This document shows, piece by piece, positions 12,601 through 24,185 of a stretch of DNA of 64,000 bases. A program made the position numbers and the translations under genes. The number at the start of each line of letters is the position of its first letter. Positions within the stretch are counted from its first letter, which is position 1. Under the pieces are notes generated by a model. That model saw only the letters and a program-made list of their open reading frames with translations, had not been told where the DNA came from and ran no database searches. Source of the DNA: Raillietiella orientalis (lineage: Eukaryota); contig JAYWIR010000040.1 of assembly GCA_036172245.1 (NCBI GenBank), forward strand, positions 496,001 to 560,000, given 5' to 3'.

Positions 12601-15563
12601 TCCTTACTGATGCTCTCAAACTGCAGATGCCCGAGGGGATTTAAGATATGCGGTTCGTACAATGGTCAGATGAATTTTTTTAACTCTGAGCATCTGGATC
12701 AGAATGTCTCCTGAGGAAGAACATCACCGTGGCTCAAATAACCTGCTCCAGACGAAGACTGAGTCATGTCGCTTGAGTTCATGCCGATGCTGGAAGACTT
12801 TGCATTTGGGTGGAAGAACTCAAATTTCCTCGATGGCTTCACACCCCTGGGATTTCTCGAAAGTGTGAACTTCACGGAATCTGCGAAGATGGCTGAGACC
12901 CTCACCGGAAAGACAAAAAGTCCAATTCCCGAGTAGCTTCGTGAAGTCTTCCCCGTTCTTTCACGTGCGTCCCTCTGCCTGTTTGCCCGGCTGGAGTTCC
13001 TCACGAGAAGGGGGGCTGAGGTAGCCGGATGGATTGAAGCTGTACGTTACCATTGCGTCCTTCGACCGTGGATGATCGTAGGCGCTGCCTTGACAGAAGT
13101 CCCCACCCATTCGCTGCCGTTGGAGACCTTGCCTCCTCATGTTCTCGAAGCTCTCTCTTTCTTATAAGAGCCGCCGGATGGGTCGAGTACCGTCGCCCTT
13201 TCAGGGACCAGCGAAGCTGAGGCGCCTTCGTTATTCGCAATCGAAGGCTACCCATCTTTTTGAGCAGTCAGTTTTTCTTCTTCCTCACGTGCCATCCTCT
13301 CGCATCCATCATCACTCTTTGCCTCCGTCGAGAAACACTGGATTGACGATTGAGATCGTCCGTACAAAGCTCGTGATCCGGAAGGAGTTCCTTTTCTCAG
13401 GATCAGGAAAAAGCGAAGGTCACAGGTCGACAGAAGGGATCAAAAGGACAGTCGGAGAAGAGTCCCAGGTAAGAGAGAAGGGAAGAGGAGCGAGGGGAAA
13501 CCTCCCAAGAGAACCGAAGAGAGAAATTCCAGCTCTCTACCTGCGATGCAAAGATGCGAAAAATATAAGGTTGTTAGCCTCTGGAAACGATCTGTGAGCC
13601 ATCCGGACGCTCAGCTGACGGAGTTCTGTTCTCGGTCCACTCGGGCGCACCGGTCCCTTCCCGCATCATCACGTGGGCTTCCGGACGACGAGCAGAGGTG
13701 CCGCTCGTCTTTTCGGAGAACGGAGAGTCCCATTCCCCTCCCGCCGAGGATTTGGGGGGGTGATGTGCAAGTGCCTGGCGCATTCCAAAGAAACCGGAGA
13801 AAAAACTCACGAAAGCGACAGTCAGAGTTCTGCATCCCTGTGCTGAATGTGGTGCTGTGAAAGAAGGAAGAGCCCTCGACTCGTGGCGGCCTCATAGGGC
13901 GTGCGAGATTGAGGAAGACATCACGTTCTCAGCTTCGGAGCCCTCAGGTTTCCTGGACATGTGACGTGATGCTTGTCTGCTTCCAAAAGCCTGCAGCAGT
14001 GCTGACCGTTTCCCTTCCCCGATTCCCTCCTCAACCTGACACCAGCATCTCGGAAAAGAATGCTTGACAGTCCACCGCTCGTCCCAGGCAAAGTCGATTC
14101 TTCCGATTTCCCCAAAGCGACAACGGTCATCCTGGTCCTGTCGCTGCTTTCCTGGACGTTTAGGGACCCTCATCTCGGTTCCCATTTTTCCAATACCGGA
14201 GTGTCCTGCCGTCCCCTTCCCTTTTGTGCCTTGCCGCATTTACGAAAAGCGTCTCTTTCGCTGCTGCTCTTGCAGAAGGTGTTGGGTGCTCACCATGCGG
14301 GAAAACGTGTGCAGATCGAGACCAGTGTAGACACGCGGCCATAGATGTCAGCACGCAGGCGTTACATCTCACGTCGCTGGGCGGCTGGATCGTTGCGCCA
14401 CCATCCTGTGATTTCAGTAGCTGAATGTGCTTTTGCTCGCACTTGATGGCAGCGTATCGAGGGATTCTGGGACTGCTGGGGATGGCAAAGAGGAGAGAAA
14501 GGGAGAAAGTCTGCCCCGGAAAGACAGCAGCAAGGAATTGATCTACAGGCGCGTCCTCTCGCGGGAGGCACCGCGTTCGCACGCGTTTCCTAAGCATCCG
14601 CAGACTCGCTTTCCGTCTTCGAGTCCTGCCGCACCCTGGGTTACTGAAGAACTGCAAAACAGGGAGGGAGAGGGGGGGCTAATGAGGAGGTAAAACTGTT
14701 TGCCCCGTTCCCGTGCGACCTCCGGAAAGAGGAAAGGGCGCATGCGCGCACAAAGATGCTCTTGCTCGTTAGCGGGAAGAGCGGCTGGGAAAAACTGCCA
14801 CGCGCCCAGGAGGCGGTGGTCGACCTCCTCCGCCCGCGCACACGCGAACGTCAGCGACTGCTCCAAGAGGATGCTATAGAAAAAGGAGGAACCCTCCTTG
14901 ATCCTGCGCTGCGGGGCTACAGCTCGCCTGCAGCGATCGGTACGCTTTTGCTGGCACGCTGAGGCAGGCGGGCGCGCCCGCTCTTCGGTGTGGTCTCAGG
15001 GGCAAATCTGCAGGGATCAGCTCCGCTCAGTCCCCTTTCCGGCGAGCGGGAAGTAGGTTCGGTGCGGAAAGGTGGCATGTGCATCGGGTGCTCCTGTCGT
15101 GGGGGAAGGTCGTCACCCCTACGGACGCCGCATCTGGGAAACGGTTGCATCTCTCTCGGTGGGTCGGTTCCCTCATTCGGCTCTCCCTCTTTCCCTCCCC
15201 GGCACGCTGCCTCTGGACCGCCATCTTGGAGCGAGCTCGACCCGCCCAGCAGCGAAGGTCGGGCAGTCGTGTCAGAGGAGGGGGAAGCGATCGTAGCGAT
15301 GCGGGTGGCGCGCTCGCCCCCAGGCGACGGCCTTCGCGGCTCCTCACGCACGACCGAGAGGTAGGGGGGCACCTCGCTGCCTTGGGTCGATCACGGACGC
15401 CATCCGTGCCTCCATCCGTCCCTGCCCAACCCTCAGTTGTGGGCGGGCCGCCGGCGGCGCCGCCACTCCCGCCGGGGTGGACTGCAGCTACGCGCGTGCG
15501 CGCGGCAGCACCTGCAACGCCCAGATTCGCCTCCTGTGTTTCTTTGAAGGCTTTTCTTTTCAG

Positions 15564-15694
15564 GGGTGAGAAAGCTGCTGGGGAGAGTGGACGTGGGTCC
15601 GTCCTCTTACGTGATGGGCTCCGGCCTGGACCACTGGAACGACATGATGAACTCTAGTGGCACGACTGTCGTGAGGTGGCACAAGCTGATGTGA
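15564..15694 (+). CDS. Syt15: Synaptotagmin-like gene, terminal coding exon (GVRKLLGRVDVGPSSYVMGSGLDHWNDMMNSSGTTVVRWHKLM*)
   Basis: Acceptor cttttcttttcag|GG, phase 1, matching the previous donor. Ends in the synaptotagmin HW..M....WHxL signature, with TGA at 15692-15694. Absent from the ORF track because it has no start codon. Confidence 0.9.
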
Positions 15695-18600
15695 AGAGGA
15701 TGCGGTGGGGGAAGCTGGGCGTCCTCCCTCCTTCCTCCTCTCTCCCCGACGCATCCCAACTCCCTCCGCTGCTGTTGCTGCTTCTGGAGAGGGGGGAAAA
15801 AGACGAAGAGAAGAACCCGTTGCCGAGGAGACCGGAAAAGAAGGACGGGCGGCAGCGGTCGTTCTGTGATGTCCCTTCGGACAAAACAGAAAGGAGGATA
15901 GGGGGGAAGCGACAGAAGGGGGAGGTGAGGTGAGGATAAGGGGTGCGGGATGATGCGAGACAGTCCTGCCGACGACTTCGCATTCTTCGCACGCTCCACG
16001 GAGGAGAAGCAGCAAATAGCCCGTGGTGTCCGCCATCGCCTCATCGCACGGCGGCTTCGCCCACGTCGCCGTCTGGCAGCCCTCCCTCCTGCCCTCCCTC
16101 CCTCCTCTCCCACCTCACTCTACATTGTGACGATGACGAAGCCGCCGCCGACGCGCCTAAGGGGAAGCAGAGATGAGCCCTCCCCCCCAGGTCGCGCCTC
16201 TCGCTCCACTTTTCGCTCTTGGAGAGTCTCGTCTCCATTTTCTCTGTGACCGAATGTCGGAGCCGATCTGGGAGGAATGGCGGCGAAACTCTTTGCCCGA
16301 GGGAGAGGGAGGATGGAGACTCATGGAAAATAAAAAAAAAAGGGAGGGGAAAGAGAGAGATAAAAAAAAAAAACTCCCAAGAAGAGAAGAAGCAGAGGTG
16401 AGGTTTCTCCCTCCCATGGGAAATGGATGAGGGATAGGGATAAGCGGAGGTAGAGAGTGGGATGGCGTGGGAGGAGCTTTCTCCCGGCTGCGCAAAGCGG
16501 AACCTCAAAGTCTGAGGGAGAGGTGGCTCACATGAGGGTCCTGCAGGGGAGCGCAGAAGCGGCCACCTCTCTCGGGATGATCTCGACGTCGGGGGCAGCC
16601 AGAGGGCGACCTGCCCTTCTCTGACTTCCAGGCAACACGAGGTCGGAGGTCCCGGCCACTTCCTCCTCCCCCTTTCCTCCCCCTTCCGAGAAGGAAGGTG
16701 GTCGGAGAAGCTGCGGAGACGTCGAAGGAGGCCGTGGACGGGGATCACCCTCTTGCAATCCCCTCCCTCTCTCCCGAGGGAGGCTGCAGGCGCTCTTTCC
16801 GCTCTAGAGGAAACGACCCTCCCGGAGGGCCTTCAAACCCCAACTGCTCCTGATTTTCCCTTCCTTTCCTCGGAAGATCCCCTAGGAGACATTCCTTGGG
16901 AAGAAGGGCGCAAGAGGGCTGGGAGAGGACTCGATGATGAAGTGAACTGGGTTGTTGCTAGCCTCAGATGCTCCCATTTCCCGTCCGGAGTCCTTCGGCA
17001 TGGCATCCTCTGCTGATCCGATGGGATTCCCCTGATCGTTGTGGCGCCCTTTCCTCCCTAAGCCCTCTCCGGACTTTCCCCTCTCCCGTAAGGAAGAATG
17101 GGTGCACGAGGAGGAAGATCCCGGCTTCCCTCCGTGCGCCTCGCAGGGTTTCCTTCAGCCCCTCGCGCGTTGGCCCGAGGTCCTTCCCCCCCTCCCCTTC
17201 TTTCGCCTGCAGGAAGCGCCTTCCCACTCACCTAACATCTGAGGGAGGAACCACCCGCGGAGTTCATAAACGCCAGATCCCACAGCAACCATGGACGATC
17301 CCTAAAGGAACGTTCGCGGTCCCTCGGGAGAGTTCTCACCCCATGGCTCCCAGGAGGACGCGCCCGAGCCCTCAAACCTACGGAGAAAGGCCTTGAGAGG
17401 TCCGCACCTAAACGCCACGAAACCGACTGCCGGGAGGCGGCCGCCCCACGAGGGTCCACGAGCATCCCTGGCTTCCCGAAAGGCTCCAGTAGATGTCAGA
17501 AAGCTGCTTCCGGGACGGCAAGGAGGCTCTTCGGATCGCGACCCGACGAATCTGTGAAACCTCCGAGGAGCACCTGATGCGCATCCCGCAAGAAACGCGC
17601 TGCCACGGGCGAAGTTGAACTCTTTCTCTGGGAGCACGGAGAACCGGTTCTGGAGCGACGAAGGAACCAGCGGCGCCGGAGTCGCTGCCTCCGAACAAGG
17701 AGTGGAGACGAAGGGCGTTTCCCTTTTTATCAAGGAGGAAAGCGTGCCGAGCCTCTGCCCAGGAGCTTCCTAGCGGAAGGCTCGAGCGCGCTTGCGCGAG
17801 GAGGCGGGGAGGAGACCGTCTCTGCCACCACGAGTGGTCCGTCCTGCATCCTGAAGGCGCCAGCCTTCCTCAGGGCGTTCCTCCAAGGGCGGACCTCGCT
17901 TATAGATGCCTCGCTGCTGGTCATCTCTCTCCTGCACGACAGGATGCCGGGAAGGGCGACCTGGCAGCTCAGCGGTGCGCCTTTCGGTGGACGCGCTCAA
18001 GAGGTGCACCGCAACTCCCTCGAACTTCTCCCTCAGGGGAGGCGGTCGCGTCCCCCCTCTGAGAGATCCACCGCTCCGAAGAAACCGCCGCCCTTCCTCA
18101 CCGATGCCAGCCTGAGGGTGACTCCTCCTCTTTTTTTCGAACCCACAGACGCCAAATCACGGTAGGCGGTCGTCGACCCCATCCAGTCAGGCGCTTCTTC
18201 CCCTCTTTCCGAAGGCGATCTTTTCCATCTCTCCCTTCCTGCGTCTCCATCACGTGCCTCGCTCGAGAAAGTGACAGTGCTGGTCCCTTTTCTTGCAGTC
18301 TTGCAGGCGGTGCCGCGTGCCCTGAAAAAACAAAACAAAACCGGACGACGTGGTTCCTCCAACCGTCCCGCCACTCAGGGGGTGGTCCAGAGGCTGCTGC
18401 CGCTGAGGCTGACAGCCGGGTGTGAGTGGGAGTGAACGCTGGCTAACCCGCGCCCCCACCAAAACATCGCCACGGAAGGGACCTCTGAAAGTCAGATTTC
18501 TCGGAGCAGGAGGCAAGGCGCGTCCTTGCCGAGGAGTCTCACGGTCGCCTCCGCCGCGTCGGTGGCGGGGAAGGCGTGAGCGTTCCGCGGGCGGGCGAAC

Positions 18601-20856
18601 ATTCGACACGGTCGAGCCGCGCGCGACCCCGCGGGGGCGCAGGTGCGTCGCTTACACTCTGTGGAGGCACGCGAAGGAGGGGCGCATCAGTCGATAGGAG
18701 GAGACGGAACCTTTTTGCCCGCATTTTGGACGGGCGCCAGCGGACTGACGGCGCTCCCGGGTCTGACTTGGGAAGTCGCGTCGTGGCTCCAGAGCGAGCC
18801 GGAGAGGTCGCATCTTCCGGATACTTCCGCGCGCTCCAAGCACCCGTGCATCCGAGTAGGGAGGCTCGTCGGCCAGTGGGGTGGAGAGTCCAGAGGTGGG
18901 GTCAGAGGAGCAGCGAGGACCAGGAGGGCAGCCACCGGAACCCACGCAAGAAGAGGATCCATCAGGACGCGTCGGTTTCACCGATGGCGATTTGCGGTAG
19001 CCAAGCTCCCTGACGCAAATTTCGATTCCTCGTTTCCGTTCACCATGGGGACGGAAGTGAGAAATCTCTTTGGGCCCCAGGGCAGGACGCCTTGGGCCTC
19101 AATGGGGACGACCTTCCCCTGGCGAACTGTCCAGGGCCCTCAACCGAGAGGGGCTTCTCCCTTCTACTTTGGCGCGTGCTCCAGAGCAGCGGTGGCAACG
19201 CCTCGCAGCAGGACGCGCGAAAGCTGCTCAACGCGGTCTCAACCCGAGAGAATTGGAAACTGATGCTGCGAGGTGCGCGACGGGATGGGAGTTCTCTCTT
19301 CGGACCCTCGCATGCTTCCTCTTCTGCTGCGGAGACGGCGAGCTGGTCATTTCTGGCGTGGATCCACGAGACGCTTCCGTTCCCATGGTGAACGGAAGAG
19401 AGGAATCGAAATACTCGCTCGGGGCACTTGGCTGGCGCGGGTCGCCATCGGTGGAACTGACGCTTCCGGATGGATCTTCACCTGAGAGAAACTGCCGACG
19501 AATCCTTTAGAGAAAAGAGGTCGGTGTTCATCTGTCCTTGCTGACGAGGCGGGCAGGGAGGAATGGATGCGAATTATCCGAGGAGATCAACGTACGATGT
19601 GAGTGGACCGTCCCACATCAGGGGTGGTGGTAAGTGGCAGCTGGGTGCGCTGTCAGCTATCGAAAGAAGGTCCCACCTGTTGGCCGCCCTTTCGGCATAC
19701 ACACGGGGAAGAAACTTGAGCCTCTTCCTTGAGCACGGTTCGGCACAGGACAGCATGGACCTCGTCGCTCGTTGCAAAGCTCCTGGCTCGACGTGTAGGA
19801 CCTTGTCCCACATCTCTGGCATCGTGCTTGAGGGCTCATTTTGCGTTCAGTGGAGGACAACTGCTCTTGGGGTGCACATTTGTCCTTCTCGGCGTGACTC
19901 GATGTTCCGCCAGTGCGAGCGTCGTCCTCCGGGGACGAAGCCGATTGCCTGTGCGGAAGACGTGGAGGAATCGCAGGTCACGTCCTGAACGAGACGAGCT
20001 GACCATCCGAATGAACAAGCCGTGGAAATTGGGTGGTGTTGGTGGCTGCCGACCGGACTGATCCGGGATTAGTTCCGGAGCTGGGAAAGAGAGGAGAAAG
20101 AGAGCAAACGCTGCGCTCTCCACTTCGCCCTCAAGGCAGCGCCCTCTATTGCAAGGACGATCCTCGTGAGGTCTCTGGGTTCCCAGGAATGACGAGGCGC
20201 TTTGAGGGAAGAGAAAATTCTCAAGAAGCAGACGGAGTGTTGTCTCAGGAGGAGATGGTGCGCTTCGCCAAGATCGAGTATCGCCGGAATGCGGGTCACC
20301 TTCCGCGACAGGAGAGACTCGGAAACCACAGTCTTGCCACGGGGAAGAGTCGGAAGAGAAGAGGCAGGATTTTCGGAGTCAAAGATGCTGGTGAAGCAGC
20401 CGGCATAGCCAGTGCCTTGCAGAGAGTTCAAATACGCCTTCCGTGGCAGAGTACCAGCTGCGTGTCTATTAGCTGGTTGGATCATTGGTTGCTCTATGGC
20501 AGTGTCTCATGGTGGAAAAGAGCAAACAGAGAGTGTCCCGCGGGTAGGAGAGACGGAACTTTCCACTGAGATGGAGCAGAAGTTCGTCAGGTGCCTCACC
20601 GTGGTGACTATCTTTACTGGAGAGCATTCCTTCGGGACACCTGGGACCGAGCACCACATGGCTAGAAAGACGCTGGAATCGTTTACGAGCGTTGGCTTCG
20701 AGATGGTGTTGGGCTCGGCAGAGCTCAGCATCCAAACGGCAAGCTTTCCTGGGAGTGGAGGAAACGGAGAGCTGATTCTGGAATCTTCTGTCGATTTCGA
20801 AGAACAGGGCGCGACCAGGGAACCCACTGTTCCGCACCTGCGACGGAATGCGGAGA

Positions 20857-21451
20857 TCATTCGCACGCAGCCTCCTGCCCTTTGCCTCCTGCCCAGTTCC
20901 CATTTTTTTTTTTTTTGCAGGCGCCCAACGTCGGTGCAGTCAATTCCATCATCCTCACTAATGAAACAGGAAAACAAACATTGAGAAAAACAAAAGGGAT
21001 AAGAGACAGAAAGATAAGACCGTTGGAATTCCTTGCTTCATGGTCTGTCTTTTTGAGTATGGAAGAGCATGGATGACCACTCTTTGGACTACAGTGTGAT
21101 CCACGTGGATCAGGGTGTCTTTTATTGGATCTGCGGATGTCGCGAGTGCGGATAATCTGCAAGTCACTAATAGTGTCTTCCAAGCCAACTGCATTGCGAA
21201 AACTTTCCCCTGGTCTTGCTGGTTGCTTAGAAGGAACTTTTCTTTTGGACTGGGGCATGTAGAGACGGCTCATTCCCTCAATCTGGTAATCTGGGATGCA
21301 GAGCTGTTTGATGAGCAAATCCTTCTGGAAATCGCTCAGCAGCTCTTGAGACAACTGAAGAGTACTAGAACTCGTGCGCTCGAGGTAACCTTGCAGGAGT
21401 TTCTTATTAAACCACTCTTCTTCAAGATCCTCTCCGCGTGCTTGAATGGTG
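20857..21451 (-). CDS. Possible exon of an unidentified minus-strand gene (TIQARGEDLEEEWFNKKLLQGYLERTSSSTLQLSQELLSDFQKDLLIKQLCIPDYQIEG...)
   Basis: About 595 nt open frame behind a pyrimidine-rich aag acceptor; protein-like composition; no recognisable domain. Confidence 0.3.
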
Positions 21452-24146
21452 CTTGAAGAGGGAGAGATTGCGGCAGGAGAAAACGAGTCGTGGGAAGTTG
21501 ATCCAGTTTCTCACTGAAACTCCACTGCTGAGTTCCTCCATCCGAAAATCATTTCTGACATGGAACTCGGTCTTTCGTTGGTGATTTTACCTTTTCAGAC
21601 ATAGATGGCAGCTCCCGATTTGCTTCTCATTCGATCCTGAGGTCTTCTATTGTGGAAAGCGTGTTCTAATATAGAGCATCTTTTTCTGTAGAAACGCGCA
21701 TTTCGAGGCAGCTCGAAGACTTCAAACACGAAACCGAATTTGTTTGAAAGTCACTAAATCTCAAGCGGTGCAGTGGTATCCCCTTGAACGGCGCGGACGA
21801 TGTCTCGTCGCCTAAGTGGCTTTGCACGGGTTCTTCGGTGGAACCCATCTTCGAGGTTTCACCGTGTGCTCAAAGACCAAATCTTGGAGCGACTCATTTC
21901 AGGGCGACTCAAGAGCGAACGTGATGTCGCTACCAAAGAGATGCGCCTACCACTGTAGGCACTTGAAGATTCTTGCAGCTGAAGATACCTTTCCAACAAG
22001 CACGAACTGCGTTCAGAAAGATCATCGAAAAATTAAGAAACAAGGAAATATACTCCATTTAATTAGGAAAATTTTGTGCCAATACTTGTGGAATTCACAG
22101 ACTCTCACTTTAATCTAAATCTGTTGAAATCTTTTAGAATTTTAAATCTATGGTTCTCAACAGAAGAGGAATTATTGAAACAACGGGATGATACAAAGCA
22201 GCTGCTCTAAGAGGAGGCCTCCCGACTTACGTTATTCGGTGGTTGGTTGAACTTAGGCAAGATATCCCCTCTTGTTGGCGATGGACCAGCTGTTTTCTTC
22301 CTCTTGGATCTGGGGTGCCGCTCAGCCTTTGTTGCAATGCCTCATTTCGGAGAGGCGCCCTTGCTTTTTCAGGTGTATCTACTGCAGTGTTCCTTCTCTG
22401 TGCATCCGAATCTTTGTGGAATTTGCAAGCAAAATGCAGTTCATTCCCTCACTTCCACCCATCCCCTCACTCTCTCCTTTCAAACGGTCTTGTGGTCCGA
22501 GTCGAGCTACAAGCTCCATCCCCTTCATCCAGGGTCCACTTCAGTCTGCAAGCCAGATTTCCCAGAGTGGAGGCTTTTGACGACTGGGCATGATCTAAAA
22601 AAACACCTCACAGCAGCTGCTTGGGTTCTTCAAGGACCAGTTGGTCCCTTAGTGAAAGCAAGCGCGTAGAGAGATTTCCCTTGATGGGTCCTCAGTCCTA
22701 CAGGCGTAGCCAGCTAAAGCGGTTTAATGAAGAGTCTGACTCCAGCTATCGTGAGGGGACTGCTGAGGTCTCATAGGCGAACCAACAGCACCAAATTGTT
22801 CGACGCCCCATTTTCGCGTGCCGACGAGGGCGTGAGTTTCCAGCAATTTTTGCGTAGAGGCGAAGAACTGTCCGAAGGTTGTCACTTTGCATCGAGCAGC
22901 CAATGCTTCTCTGATGGAACTCTTAAAATGTAGTTACAATCTCGTGTGCTTCATGGAGATTCAGTTTGGAGCGAAGGCCAGCTGGTTTCAAGGTCAAGAG
23001 ATTCAAAACATCTGGAAATTCGTGCTTTCATCTAATGCCTCTTGGTGGAATTAATGCAATCGAAAGTGGACAAGCCGTCCTCCCTTCGAGCTAAATGGGA
23101 AAGACCTGAGAAGTAAGGCTATGCTTCTATGCATACGCATAGAAGGCACACTCTCGAAGGCACATTTCCTGAGCGATGGGCTGAGCGATTTCATCTTGGA
23201 AGAGGGGAGTGAAACTACTCGCCGGAGAAGGAGAGAGACGATCCTCTCCGCGTTGTTTGCTCCTGTGTGCCTGCATCCAGGGTGTCCCTGAATAAAAACT
23301 CGGTGTTCGTTCAAGTTCCCCCAGAGATCCCCGCCATGAAAATTTGTTAGTTTTAATTCCTTGAAATACAACGGGGAAAAGCACTCCAGTGTTCTCTGTT
23401 CGACCCGGATGGCAAGCGCTTAGTAGGTGATAAAAGGTGACAAGTCTTGACTCGTAGTCAACCTGCTGTCACGCCATCATCGGCACCCCGTGAAGGCCAC
23501 TGTTTCGTGTCATCATGCCGTTCTCGCATCGTGACAGACATTGTCAACAGCGCACACCTTGTTAGAATTGACTGCCTCGGTGAGGGGCTGCCAGTACGCC
23601 CAACGCAAGGCACCAGATGGAGATGGTGGTTCTTTGTGGGTCAGGAAGCACAGGAGAGCTGTAGAACCTGAGGTAGCTGAACAGAGAAGGAGCGCAGGAT
23701 TGGAAGACTCTTTGCGTCCAGCTTGATTTGCGGGGCAGTTGCAGAGAGAGACTTGGCTACAGCTGCTGCGAATTCTCAGAATAAACGTTGGCATAAAAGT
23801 CAAACACTCGAAATGTTGTTGACAAGCATGTACTTCCGTGACTGCTTCGAGGTGCTTAGCCAATGGAAGCTGAAAGCAGCACTTGCGTTGGAAAAAGGTG
23901 CGCTGTATCAACAGATGAGTTTGTTAAACTCTGAAAGAAGTGGAAGCAAAAGAAAACATGGCCTAAAACCAAAGCTCTCATGCCACCTTTTCGGTAGACA
24001 ATCCGGTGAAGAATTCGGCGACGGGCAAGGAGTTGAGTGGTACCTGAACACCGTGTGTTGGCGCTTAGCTACTGCCGAAGCAGGCCATTTGCACGATGGG
24101 GGGCGCGGATGAGGAGACAATAGAACTTAATGGAAAAAAAGAAAGG

Positions 24147-24185
24147 TTGGTGCTTCCGGTTGCCACACGCAACCGGAAGCACCAA
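24147..24185. repeat. Perfect 17-bp inverted repeat with 5-nt loop
   Basis: TTGGTGCTTCCGGTTGC-cacac-GCAACCGGAAGCACCAA. Confidence 0.9.

Noticed and set aside
14276..14344. Alternative last synaptotagmin exon
   Set aside because: No C2B similarity in the required phase; the exon at 15564 completes the domain.
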